DNA of 64,000 nt, taken from Tubulanus polymorphus. Lineage: Eukaryota; Animalia; Nemertea. Position 1 is the stretch's first letter, and every line of letters starts with the position of its first letter. The position numbers were made by a program, and so were the translations under genes. The DNA lies in contig NC_134026.1 in assembly GCF_964204645.1 (NCBI RefSeq), forward strand, positions 26,198,150-26,262,149, in the 5' to 3' direction. The notes under the pieces are model-generated. The model was not told the DNA's origin. It did not search any database and was given only the letters and a program-made list of their open reading frames with translations. Below, piece after piece: positions 44,336 to 58,600 of this stretch.

Positions 44336-47300
44336 GAAAGCCAAGGGGAGTAAATGGTATTTAAACTAAGCTGTGCAAAAGACATTTATTTACCAACCGT
44401 CAGATAGGAGAGTAACGTATGAGGACCGACTCGAACAGGATACAGAATTAGCAACGTATACTCTCAAATTCCTAGTTCGTAGCATTTTACAATGGAAGGT
44501 CTCTATCACTGTGTTCATGTTCAAAATGATTGATAAGTTTTCCTAAATGTCTTTTTTACAATATATCATTTTAAGGTGTAAATTAATCATGGTTTAACAT
44601 TTATCTTTCACTTCATTCATTTTCTTGTTATCATCCGCTAGTTTTCAACGATGTCATGTCATAATTGAGAAAACTTTTAATCACGCATGATTTACATGGT
44701 TTTATAATTGAATTAATTCTATGTTATTGGTATTTCTGTAAATTTCTTATCGATGCATTGGACTGTTGGGTTGTAAATATCAAATATCTTTTTGAATTTT
44801 ACACAAAGCTCATGAATCTCTCCTACAGCTTACACTTAAAGCAAAATTCTGTTTGAACTGAGTTCGTTGTTAAGTTTTGCCGTCTGGAAATGAAAATGTC
44901 CATTCTTAATATCATAAATGAAGGGCTTTGAAAAATGTTAAGCTAATAATGAAGTAATGGTAATAATAATATGCTAACACATCTGCAAGCAGTATCTATC
45001 TTGTGTTCCTTTTTCGTAGCGAATGATTATTTTTAGAACTTTGTACAAAATGTCAATCTGATATTCAATGAATACACTTTTAATCACTATTTATGTGTAG
45101 GATGATGTACATTTGATATTTGTTGGTTGAAAAACCTAAATGTTAATTCGTTTCGGCCAATTTCTCTTATTTTGTTTAAAAAAAGGAGTAATTCTCAAAT
45201 ATACCACATATTATATGACTAATAAAAAACTGTGTCATGCATGTTAATGATTCTGTTGTCAAATGAAAAATTCTGTTGATATTAATTTCTTGTAAATAGT
45301 TAATGGCTTACTGAAATGTTTGAAACCAAACGTTTAAATGTAAATTGCGCCATATGATTAAATAAGTAATTTGTAAAATCTATAAGTAGAGTATATACTG
45401 ATAAATTGATACAAGTGAATAGTAATTTATTTTGTAATACATAAACATGGAAAATACAGACAGAAGACTGGAGAAATAATACAATGGTTCGTGTATGGTT
45501 AACTCAAAAGTTTGTAAGAGCTCTATTGATATTGATATGAAGATAGTAAAGTACATATCATTTGAGGCTGTAACCTTTGTAGTCCTAAACCTATTGAAGG
45601 TATTCACAATCAATTCACTTGTTTACTGAGAAGTTCAATAAATGCAACAATTTTTACAGATGGAAATGTTATTGTTAAAAAAAGTTTGTTATAATATGCA
45701 ATTGTTCGTTGGGAAAATTGATATCACTTGATACTCGTACAAGAACATGGGAACGACGTGGCAAAAGGGAGTACTGACAGCTGATGTAAGAATATACCTG
45801 GCGAGCTAGACACGATCTTGTATTTGTAACCAAGATAAATTGGTGCTACTTGGAAAAACTGTTAAGGCCCCGATTTGTGCTCCTTTTCACAAAAAAGTAA
45901 ATGTAAGTGCTTTTTGACGTTTTAAAAAGCAGATTCCCCTGGATAAAGCTTTAAAGTTGATATAATCATTTCAAACGAACTAGCGTTGAATGGTGACTGA
46001 AATTTGACTAGTAGAAAAATCTTCATTCCTCGCATGCCACAGCAATATCGCGAGGCGCTGTTGGATCTCAGCCGTTCAGTGCTGCCCCTGAAAATAACGA
46101 TAGCGGTATTTCTGTGAACTTAAATCGTAGCACATTTTTTACCGCCCGGGATATATTTCCACAATACAGATCACCGTGGCGCCTAATAATAATGAACCAT
46201 GATACTATATTAATCCGTCCTAAATTTTGAGTGATATTTCCATATTCTTTTAGGTAACAATAGATGATATCTTAGTTTTGGAAAAAACTCTCAATATCAA
46301 TTATAGTATCTATACAGAATATTATTCACCGACAACTTTAATGATCATTCATCCAAGACACTGACAAAATATCAACTTTCTCCTTTCATGATATATTTGG
46401 CGAGAAAACGATCAGTGCAAAATACAAACACCCCTTTCCCTGGCATTTAAATAGAAATTATTATTGCCAGGGAGAAAGAGTTTGAGTAAATCTGGTCAAA
46501 TCTACGCTTAAACTATCGAGCGTTCACATCACTCCTCAGAAGCAGTAGTATAGTCTGGGTTCGAGCCTGGGACACCCCTGTTCTTTTAGTTCGGACACCT
46601 CACTGTAACACTTCGAACCATTTACGACCGCTGGGCCTGGGACATCCCTATTTATCCTCCATTCTCTCAAGACAATTAAGAATTTACAGGTATCAAGAAA
46701 TGTTTAATTAAGAAAGACATTGTTTTTGTGTTCAATAGTCATATATTTTCGCAGATATTTCATCAATTTCAATACATTATTGTCGATCCTCTAACATCTT
46801 GCCAGAGGTCCTATTTCACAGCCTCAATGCGAATTACATGCAGTATTACATTAGTTCACAGAATTCCCACCAGGGGAGCGTATGGTGCTGCCACCAAGCT
46901 AACGGGATACCGACGAACTAATCATTCATGTCAGAGAACTCAAGAAAAACCTAAGAATCTTTCCCTTAAATTCAGATCTGCCAGGTTAAAGAAAAGAATA
47001 AAACTTTTAATACAAGGATATTTGCTTTTTTATTTCTTCTAAAATACGTATTTACAAGTATTATTAAAATACATCTGATTAATGAATGGGGTTCTTAACT
47101 TTAGGTAGAAAACAAACCTCGATATGAGAGGATAGCATCCAGTATCAACATCACTTATACACCTATTTACATTTTATCATTGTTGTTATTTCATTTAAGT
47201 TCAATAAACCTGAGACTTTAAATGTGATTGATTACATTAATGTACTTTGAAAAGCCTTCAAGATTTTTTCATGATATGGTATTAGTTATTTTTCACATCT

Positions 47301-48156
47301 TTTTTAGTATCTCCAAATGCGTTTATCTAAGCAGTCATTAGACAAATAAATTCAGACATTGCACCACCACGTTACATGGAAATTACCATATTGAACATGT
47401 AAATGGTCCCTGATCACTCAGCTCGGCTACATTATACAGTGACAAGAGATACCTGCACATTATTTACAATGCGTCAACATGCTGTTATTAGTTCTCTTCC
47501 TCAACAATTATCAATGAAGATACAAGATCTTTGCTGATTTGTTTGTTTTTATCAATACTCGCCATCAGAGAAGATACAAGACTGCGATCTGTAGAAATAG
47601 ATCATTAGTGTCTGAGTGAAAATGTGGTAATCAATTCATCTAATACTGTCTGAAATTAGAACCTCAATGGACAGTCTTTATCTAGCCAAACAGTATCTAG
47701 CCAAAATCACTTAAAGAAGCTTGTCATATACAGATAAGAATTTGTCTATCAAATAATGTACATGTATTAGCAAACACACGTGATAAAATGTGCTTCTCTG
47801 AGGCTGAAGAGTAAAATGTATGATTGTCTACAGTGCTGAATGTTCAAAATGATCATGATCGAACATAGTACTAACAGATTAGCAGATGAAATGTTTGTTA
47901 ATGGAGAGTTTACACTTTCAATAGAAACAACAACACATTAATACAATCCGCACTGATCAAGAGCACGAGTGTGTCTACCTAGTACAAACATAGTCTAGTA
48001 GCCTTAGCTAAAACCTTGTCTCCAGTTTCCCTCTGTTTGCAATTCATCGCAACAACACAGGAATAGAAGAATACATGGTTTTTATACAAATGACTGCTGC
48101 CGTTATTTCATGATCAATATCGGCTAATGATTCCGTCCAGCGGAAATCACTAGACG

Positions 48157-48588
48157 TTACACAGAAGTTACTTTACAAGTCGACGATGGAACTGGCTTCG
48201 TGCCGAGCAGCGATTTCTCCACTAAAGTTCGTAACGACGTTTTACCAGATTGAGATTCATAGAATTTTTCCCTTTTGACAAACTCGACGTAATAACCATC
48301 GTATATGGCCTCTTTGTTTTCCCGTTGTACATATTTGACCATCAGTACAATCATACTGAACGCATACGCTAACAAAACAACTATGATATATAACAATGCA
48401 TCGACATTGTTAGACTTTTTAGGCACTGAAGCAGAGGCAGAAGCCGCAGCGCTCAAACCTCGCTCAGTTAAATTCTGACACAATATCTGCGTAAGAAGAC
48501 GAATGGCTCCTGGTGACAAATCAGCCATATCGTTGTCATCCAGCCAGCGTGTCAGATTCACCGAGGAGGTAGAATTATTAACATTCAT
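48157..48588 (-). CDS. KCNE-like single-pass membrane protein (143 aa, single coding exon)
   Basis: No signal peptide; N-terminal N-glycosylation sequons (NNS, NST, NLT x2); one TM helix ALLYIIVVLLAYAFSMIVLMV; juxtamembrane KYVQRENKEAIYDGYYVEF in ungapped register with KCNE1; C-terminal -TSV. Splice acceptor at 48680-48681 upstream. Confidence 0.75.
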   Translation of the reverse strand: MNVNNSTSSVNLTRWLDDNDMADLSPGAIRLLTQILCQNLTERGLSAAASASASVPKKSNNVDALLYIIVVLLAYAFSMIVLMVKYVQRENKEAIYDGYYVEFVKREKFYESQSGKTSLRTLVEKSLLGTKPVPSSTCKVTSV

Positions 48589-51500
48589 GTTAGTTCACTC
48601 TTGATCATATACACTTTACAGCTTTGCTACTCAATGTTCATCATATATACATGATTAGCTTCTCGTTTCTAATTGTATACTTAAAAAAAAGGTATCTTAA
48701 ATTAATACTTCTGAAACGTTTTTTGATTAATTGATTAATTTTCACAGATCAAGAGATGAAAACGCCTACTCACAACAAGATGTCGATTTAATCATCAAAT
48801 AGGGCTTTCAATTCATTCAAAATAGGTAGAATATACTCAATCAAATTACGAGAAATGCTCTCAGCTATAGACAATAGTTCAAGACAAGATTATGAGAAAT
48901 CATGAGCTGAATATAAAGCAGTATCTGTCGGACAATTCCACATGCAAGATAACAGAGAAATTTGACAGAAATTTGAAAAGTGCCACAAGTTTGACACGAT
49001 CACACGTAACTGGTTCTCAGTCCTAAAGGTGATGATATCCAGATTCAGACTTATTTTCAGTGGCTTCCTCCTCAGACGTAGACACGTACAAACAATACAA
49101 CCTTGATAAATGTTTCAGAGTTAGTTTCACTGTCTAATGGAACCTGGCTTCAACTTAAAAAAGATCTTGAACATCGATGACACTCGCACATAAATACGTA
49201 TTATTTAGTCAGTCGCGAAAATGGAAGCTTTGAATACAACGAGCTGAGCGAACAGAGTAATGTATTTCTAAACTAGCTTTGTTACTGATTTGAAAGCGAT
49301 ATCAACGCATCGCTAATTTGAGAACGCGTTATTTCGCACATTGTTTGAACTGATACGAACATTCTCGAAAAATCAATCAAACTTCAGTATGACGGATTAT
49401 TGCGCCGAAATCGATAAAGGAGATCCTGTTTTAATGGAAGGTATTCATTCTAGCTCGCAGGCACATCATGATCTGCGTACCAATCATTTTCTGCATCTTT
49501 AATAAACATTGTATAGAGCTATTTGACTATCAATGTAGCATTCGTTCACGCATTCACACGATAATTGTCGCTGTTGTCGCTAGAATAATCGCAATCCACG
49601 TTGAGTTCCACTGTTGAGACAATGTCCAATTTGTATCCCGATATATTAAGTCTGAAAAATATAAAGAAAAAGAAATAAGAAAAAATTGCAAAAAAAGTTT
49701 TCCGAGTCACATCTGATAAAAATGAACCGACTTATGCGAAGTCTCCTGTAAATACAAAATCATCAATAACTAAAGAACAATGATTTTTTTGTGATAAACC
49801 TAATATCTTGATAAAAGCTTCAAGTTTTTAGCCTGTTCACACTCCACAGTACTGACATCAGTAGTATTTATGATCAAGGCTGTATCAAATGACAGGAAAT
49901 AGAGGGCTATAACTAACGAATGATGATGAGGCTGTTAGAAGCTTTTTTACCTGGCAATTTTTGACCTTTGCGTCAGTAATCAATATAGACATCAATTACC
50001 TCATTAATGAGTTGTGTGAATTAATACATTTGGAGCAGTGCATGTATGTAAATTAATTTCCTGCATTTGATTCAATGCATAAAAGCTGTCAACCTTTTTA
50101 AAAAAAATCATTTATAAAACTAGCATTATATATGATAAATGGGTTGACATCACGATTTACTGACAATCTAATTGATGTATTTCTCACATTTATTAATCAT
50201 TCTATCCTTACATCATTTTATTGCCTACTACTACTACTACTTCTGCTGCTACTCGCCAAGGTTAATGGTCAGGACAAATTCAAAATAACCAAAACATAGT
50301 CACATGGAAGATAAGACCAAAAAATTATTGAACTGATCATGCGAGGAAAATTAGTTTACCTAGAATTATCGATTAATATAATTGCGTTGCCTGAAAAAAC
50401 AGTGCATGTTTCTTATCCCCATGAGTTCCTGTGATTGACTTTCTTCACAAAAATCTAAACTGTCGATGACCAATCTAAAGGGAAATAGCTTCCTATAAAC
50501 TGACGAAACCTGATTGGCATTCTCAAACCAAAAATTGTCTGATAGTATAATTCTTGAATGATGAATATGTCTGCCCATTCGAGTCTGAACTGACAACTAC
50601 CCAAAAAGTGAAACTGGAAGGCATGGAGTTGTCATATAGACATTAAAAATTCATCCGTATGAATTAAAGAGTATCACCAAAGTGGAAGAAAACCACACTA
50701 CCCCGGAGCGGTGCAACTCCCAACAAGCCAATAATGTCCATATCTACTGTTGCTTGCTCTTAGTTTTCTATGTTGCCTTTGTGTGTTCATCATTGTTGCA
50801 GAAATTCTGATCACAAACTAACAGAATTCCACTTAATTTAATCCAAAAAACCCACATAAAATCACCAATTGTTACACGCTAACACACAGGACTGATTAGA
50901 TTTCATCCAACATGGACATCTTAGCTCGTCGTTCAAATATTTACAGAATTTTTATGACAACCAGATGAAATTACAAGCACAACCAACCTTTCCAATTCAT
51001 CAGTGAGTCAGCCAGTCAGTCAGTCAGTCAGAGAAGAGCCAGGGCTATGAACTAGCTATAGAGGATTTACTCCATTTCTTGGTCATCTGTATATGCAATG
51101 ACAACAGCAATCACTATGCGTGGAGGTAATGAAATTTGCTAGACGGGTAAAAAAGTCAATTATCTTGAGGCGATCTGGCTCTTCAGATAAATGTACAGGC
51201 GCAATGACCACACATTCCTGTCACAAATATAACAAACTAAATATAGAACAGCGTTAAGAGTGGTTGTCATATCTTGAATATTCTAGTAGCGTATCGGATA
51301 TTGATAATCTCGCCGATAAACTACAGCTGAAAAAAAACCTGCAAATAATGTGTTCTATATGTATTTATATATAAGTATATACTGACTTACGAAACCACAA
51401 GCTGTGTACAGAAAACTCATCACTCAAATCCATCCATTGGAACAGATTTAAATGACATGAACTGCTGGCTTGACTTGAATTTAATTAAAGTAACCACATT

Positions 51501-54500
51501 CCATGTAACATGTATCTGTGTATTCTTCCCATACTCTTCACCACGCAAACTACAAACTGACTGCTTGGAATAAATCTACATCACCACCAAGAATACAGTC
51601 CGATCAATAGATATTTCAGCAATATCAAATTCATAACCATCCTCCTTTCACAAACTGACAGCAGCCAAGTTAATCTACCATCAGATTATTTCGAGGTTTC
51701 TTTCGGAGACCACATTTTTCAAAATACACTTTTTACGCATCAAATACCGCTGCCAAAAATATGAGAAAAAACCTGATCACAATGACTCGTTTGCTAATTT
51801 TATTTCTTCTTTTTTACTGAGAACCATTTCCCGTGTTTATATAGTAGGAAATCCCTGCGATGGTCAAGTATTCTTGTTCATACTACAATCTATGCCATGA
51901 GTAATCACCTGAATACTGATGAACTGTCATCTTCAGACTAATTGAGAGTATTTTCTGATATGCCTCACGTATTTGTTTGCTTGATTTCCTCACATAATAA
52001 GCTAGGAAATCCTACGCAATGTCACAAACAAGTTAGAGGAGATCGAGTTTGCTGTAGAAACCGGAAATCACCGAACATCTGTTGGATAATCTATGAAAAT
52101 CTGATTTAATTAAACCCGACATTATTCGCAAGCCATTAAGGCCTCATTTTAATCAGAATTGAGATGTTATCTCGATAGAAAATAGTGAAGGAGCGCTGAA
52201 GCAATGCATTATAAAATCCCAAAGCACATATCATCAGTCTACCCACGGAAATAAACATGTAAAATAATTTCTAAACGTCGCGGAGGTCTATATACCCGTA
52301 TACACATACTTTTAGATCTCTCTGTACGAGAATATTACCCTCGAAAATTGCATGTTTCCCTGCGGATTTTCAGGTTATTATATTACTCGTGCTCGAGATT
52401 TTTGATAAACTATACGCAAGTACCTAGTATCTACATATATCTAGGCATAGTAATTCACATTCTACTGATACCGACGCCCGACGGTCGAAGACATTGATTG
52501 TATTACTATTGATATAACTGTAGCCTGTATCATCCAGTAGCTAATCACTGAACATTATACTATATAATAGATGATAAGGCCCGAGTGATTGCCTATTTTA
52601 TTTCTAACTCATCGGCACTGATCGTGAATGCATGGTTGTCGACGTAAATTGAATCAAATGATGAGAAAAATGAACAGCAATGGATTTTTATTTCGCGTGA
52701 CTCTCCATCGAAATTGTGAGCTTCAGACTCGAAGGAAAATTGCGGGACAATTCCACAAATGAAACCAATAAGACTGACAAAAAGGAATAATGAAGTAACC
52801 TGCGCAGAACGTGCTTCGTCCATCCATTATGGTGATTTGATTTTGAGGTGCCACTGAAGCCGGACAGTCAACTCTCAGTGAGATTAAGACCGATGGTGGG
52901 TAAATGGAGAAGATTCTGACCGTATTGCGGCGAAATCTCTCATTAACTGTCGTCGGAAACTTCCCTTCCCTCGAGGATATCATTGCATTAACCCGAAGAT
53001 GATGATAAATCATTATACAGAATTAGCGACCAATTAACTAGTGGTCCCCCACATTTTCAGAAAGACTCCTACAAAGTACATTCATATAGCAGTTAAAAAT
53101 ATAATATCTTTGAACTGATTCTTGTCAGCGAAGTATAATCCACATCCTATCAGTAGGACTAGTTTTCTCATATCTTTAAAAACTACAATCATGAGAAATA
53201 TCTTGTAATTAAAACGTAATATTGCATGATTCTATGAAATGTTAATGACCAATATTAATGTCACTGACAGACCACTAATAGACAGGTCATCTTCCTGCTC
53301 ACTGAAATGAACACATCAATACTAAACCACACCCGATATTCATGATGTTTTCTCTTCGGTATTAGGAAAATATCGAATTACTTCATTAGGATATGATTGA
53401 ATAATAGCCGTCCAAGGTAGAATTCACTGAACAAACACATTCAGTACATATTCACGGAAAGTGAATCTACTGCCTATGGGTTAGTTTTCTGTATCTAAAA
53501 AGTGAACAAGATCAATTTGCAGCTACTGCAGGCTTCAATCGTGACCACTTTACGAACTATTTTTGTCCTGCAATCTATATTTGTGAACACGGAGCGATCC
53601 AATCTTCACATTACGCCTGCCGGTATTATCGCCGTAAATCAGCTTATCATGTGGATAAGTGATGACTTGTTGATGTACAGAAATACATACACAACGCGGT
53701 GCATATAAATACAGGGTGACAGACCGGTCAGTGGTCCTTCTGAATATCCGAATAATTTCATCTCTTCTGTTACTGACCATAATGACAAACTCTTTGCCGT
53801 TATCTGGTCATGAGGTTTTATGTGAGAGGCTTGTTCGAAAGATCATTTTATTTCATCGTGTGTTAGATCATTATTACTGATATTGGCACAGACTGCACAT
53901 ACAAACACAAACTGCTGCCCATGGCAATTTTTCATAATGGCCAAAGTAAATGGCCGTATGATTCCTAGTGATTCTCTACGTACATTTTGACAGAAATACG
54001 CCAGCAATCGTTTGATGTGAAATGTATAACCAACCGTTAGTGATAGGTCTCAGCAAACGTAAAACAGCAATAAAGTTGATTAATCGAGCTGGAAAATCAG
54101 AGGACCCATTACACATACCCGTCCGAAAAACTGGAAAACCATGAAATTATTGATATTACTGGTTATGAGTAGTGTCCGTGTATCCTATCATGTGGAGTTT
54201 ATGTCTATTAGTAAAAAGGATGATTTATCAACTGAGGCCACATCTCGAGTTTCAAGACGACTAATATTGAACGAATATGCAATGCAATCTCAATATCTAA
54301 AACCACTAACAACAGTAGGAAGCACTTCGTATTACTGCTGAGGATTCAGTAGATAATGACCAGTTAGAACTAGGAATCTTCAAACTTGAAAACCACTTAT
54401 TACACAAAAATTCAATTTACTGGAACCAATACTTCGAATAAGAGTTTCGATCTACATGTAATAAACCATTTTCAACCGACTGCGAATGTTACAGGAAATA

Positions 54501-55470
54501 CAGCAATTAAAACAGTCCATGCGAATACGGATGCACATATTACATTCCAATTTCCACACTGGAATGAGCATTGGCTCCATGAAATACTGGCACCGTATCT
54601 ATTCGCAGATCGATATGTTCACGAACTCCAATGTTAGTCTCGACAGTATCAAAACAACTCATGCCTATATCAATTTTAAACAGACAATTTGACTCAATCT
54701 GTACAAATAAAACAACGAATATAGATATTCAAATAGATATCGTCAGGTGTCTGGTGACGATTACCATATATAATGAAGCAAGGAAACTGGCATCGCCGAA
54801 GTCATTACATATGGTAATCCTACTCAAAGACTATGACGACTTTGACAAATAAAAACAAATTAACCCCTGATCTTCTAAAACGTTCACACAAATGATTAGA
54901 TTTATTTATGCTAGATGATATGAATTCTATTAGCGTTAAATAAAAGGGAAATTTTCTTTTTCTCATCAAAATTCGTGCAACGAAACGCCCACTTCGATGA
55001 GATGTTATCATAGAATAACCAATGGCATTTTCTTCGCGACATCAAAGCTTTTATTCACAGCAAGCTGATATACGTTAAAATACTGCAATAAGAAAACAGC
55101 TTACAGATAACTATGAATATAATGAAGAGGCTTAGTGCTTCTCAGACTCGGGTACGGTACATAAAGAAACCTCTAACATGATCAAAGGATAATACCCTTG
55201 TCATACACCTACGTGTGTGCAGCCATCAGCAAAAACTGAATAAACCACCTTTAAACAAATTATCGCTCCTCGATGGCGAAATTGGAACGGGGAATGAATT
55301 AAGAGTATACTAATGATTAGCAACAATAAGAAACTTGACTTCGAAAACAAAAGTTGAGAAGATATTTCTCTGAAAAATTCAGAATACTGCAGAGTTAAAT
55401 ACGAACTTCTTAGATTTTATATTTTCAACCACTCATTTTCAATACGAGATGGAAATATTAAAAAACTCAC

Positions 55471-55680
55471 CTAATAAACCCACAGTATGGTTGTGTTATA
55501 TCAATTAATCCACACTGTCAATGACAATACAACGATCTGTTTTAAGCCACGTTTCCCTGGCAATCTCCGGCAGTATTCTGCCTGTCGCTGCTACCGATTA
55601 CTGCCTGCCTGCCCAGCCTGCCTACTCGCTACGTCTACACTCGCTCGCTCACTCACCACAGACGTAAGAGAGAGAGAGAG
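55471..55680 (-). promoter_or_regulatory. Probable promoter and first non-coding exon of the KCNE-like gene
   Basis: GC-richer patch with (GA)n and GCCT/CTCG repeats, followed on the minus strand by a strong donor AG|GTGAGT at ~55470. Linkage to the CDS is inferred. Confidence 0.35.
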
Positions 55681-58600
55681 ATCGAGAAAGAACTATCATA
55701 CCATCATCTATCCTCGTACATCAATGCATTTTCGTTCAATAAGATTCGAACAATTCTCAATTAACTATCATCGACACGGTCATTTCCTCAGATATATCGA
55801 ATCAAAGAGCTAAACAGTCACGCTCCTACATTGGCAACATATCGATAGGCATCGAATTCCTGATGACATAAATTTGTTGATCAATTATCTAAACATTGAC
55901 TCAGCATTTTAATTTAAACGTGACTTTAGCCCGTAGTAATTACCTTACATCAGTTTCAGCAGGAATCTAATTAAAATTTGCGATTCACCACCAAAATCGT
56001 TGCCATTATCTGCTCTAGCAAGAAGACAACAAACAGCAAAAACTTATTCAAACATTAATTCCCGATTGATCGTTAGAGAATTGCTGAAGATATCCTCGAC
56101 ATTGCAGTTCATGTAGAAAATTTCCTTTGAAAAGTACTGTATAATCATCTGTCAACGAAAGCTGATGTACCTTGAATTTCTATTTGACTGCCTGAAGCCA
56201 GTTATTTGGCAATCATTTTTTGAATTCTCAGATTCATATTGCCATCAGGTATATCATTAGTGCGATGTAATTGATGGTGTTGATATTTTTTCTTATCAGC
56301 CACTCCACAATTTATAGAAGAATATCCAAATTGATAAGGTTAGATCACTGTAAGGTCATGTCCTGCCATTCCGATTAAATGAAAATGGAAAGCTGTCAGA
56401 ATCATAGACTTGTAGCTTCTCGCGTGATGTCAAATGCTCTTATCGCATATTTCATACATATTTAAAAACTAACTGCCGCTCGACGGTCTTGTTTCCCACA
56501 TTATACCTTAACCGGATATTACTCAAGTCCTCTTCATGAATGGACTTGAATCTCACACCTCCACATATTACCTGAAGTAAATGGGGTAGGCTTCCGGGAA
56601 CCGATTCGGGTAATTTTGCCGCGCAGAAAATAGAGACAGCTTGGGTGTCACTTGGTTACATATCGAGTGGACATTGGTTTCGATGAAGGAAATGACCAGC
56701 CATTAATGTAACTGGTGTCTTCATAGTAATGAATGACCAACAATGTCAGACACTATGATAAGAATGAATGACCTTGACTGCAGTTATTGCCACCAGTGAG
56801 ACCATTTTCTATTTGCTCCGATGCATTTGCACTATTTTCCAAAAACGTAAATCATGGAAATTACCTTTGCCTTAAGGGACGTCATTTTTAAGTTCAATAA
56901 CTATCTGCCATGACGTTCTGGCTCAAAAAATTACACATGATTCTACATCAATACATGGCAAGCCACTAGCGCGCATTACATCATGATTGGTTCATTCAGT
57001 GTGGAAGAAATGGTGGCAAGAAAAATTGACAGCATTTCTTACTGCAAGTAGATAAGAGTAGCACCACAGGACTTCTCTATGGGCTTTAATGCAATTCTGA
57101 CAGATTTCAGGACACGGCTATATCAAAAGATGTGCTACGACCATTGTGTAAACAATTGTAACATTATTATTATCGGCATCACTTTAGAGCAGCCATAAAA
57201 CTTGCAAATTGTTATTAATCGGTAATTGTGAAAATCGTGAGTGGAACTGAACGTTAAAGGCTTTCAATAAATTCCATCAATGAAACTAATTTACAGATAA
57301 TTGACGGCTGGTGAACATGACTGCAACAGCCTGAGGATCTACCCAAACAAAACTCAAAAATACCACTTTATTTCAACATCATATCATCAAGATTCAGTGA
57401 GAACCCTGATGAATATCTCATCAACAGGATTATTTGTTTGTATGATTTTTTGACTACCATTAACCCATTAAAGATCGATTCGAGTACAGCAGGGAATGGC
57501 ATATTTCCAGTTTTAATCGAATATCTGCTCTAAGCAGATTACATTTTCAGGCATATTAAAAATGATGAATCGATCAATCGACTGTCCTATCATCTCTAAT
57601 GATCATTCAACATAATTGGTCAAGATTAAGCGTCACCAAACTTCAAATGCACATTAAGAAGTTCACTGCAGTAGAGTGGCCACCCTGTCTAATCGAACAT
57701 GTATATGACTGGTCAAATCAAATCTACGCGCAACATCCATCAAATTTTATGCGTTCAGGCAGCACACAAATAAAACACATTTCCATCACAAACCGGAAAT
57801 AGTGAGCAAATGTATCCAAACAGATGAACACCTAGATAAAATAAAACAGCATCTGAATAGAGATATCATGTCATTTATGGCAGTACCGCTTGTCACACGG
57901 TAATCCCCATCAGGGAACTTTATATTTCAATAAATTACGGCAACCAGAAACCTCAGTGGATAACCTTTGGTTCACGTTGCCAATTCAAGCTTTGAAAACT
58001 GCTTATTACAAAGCACATTTTCTATGCACAAATCTGAATAGATTCCAGAAATAGAAAATGATTAAGCCTTGGATTCTTGCCATCACCAAAATTGATACCT
58101 TATCTGCCCTTGATACACAGGTGATAAAAAGAAGCCATATCCCAAAACCTGCTGCAAACAATTAGCTTGACTCCAGTGACCAGGACTTTGATGATTACCA
58201 TAGTTATCAGTCGCATTTCACACGGAGACCTACTGAAAACTTACAATTACTCTTAAAAAACAAGATACATGAAGTGTGAATATGAAATGATCAAGAGCAA
58301 TAAAGCCTGCTAAGCAAGCTGCGTGGCAATAGACTGATATTTTCACATCACACAGCGGCTGAAGACGCCATTAATACGGATTCTACCTCAATGGTGGTCA
58401 ATTGAAGGAGTAATAAATACCGTGTTTATAACCAGTGATAATTTACAGGTAATCGGCAAAAATTCGATAACTCAGGATTTACCACTGAGAAGAAAAGCGT
58501 GTGAATATTTGTATTGCTGAACAGAATACAGATATAGCAACAGACAGAACTAATCCCGACTGCAAAACAGAGATATTGTCGAAACTAGAGACGTGATATC

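Noticed and set aside
46540-46650. tRNA-derived SINE head on the minus strand
   Set aside because: Only a degenerate B-box (GGCTCGAACCC); no tail or TSD seen, too weak to call.
52593-53013. Short minus-strand ORFs with a hydrophobic stretch
   Set aside because: No recognisable homology or splice context; expected by chance.
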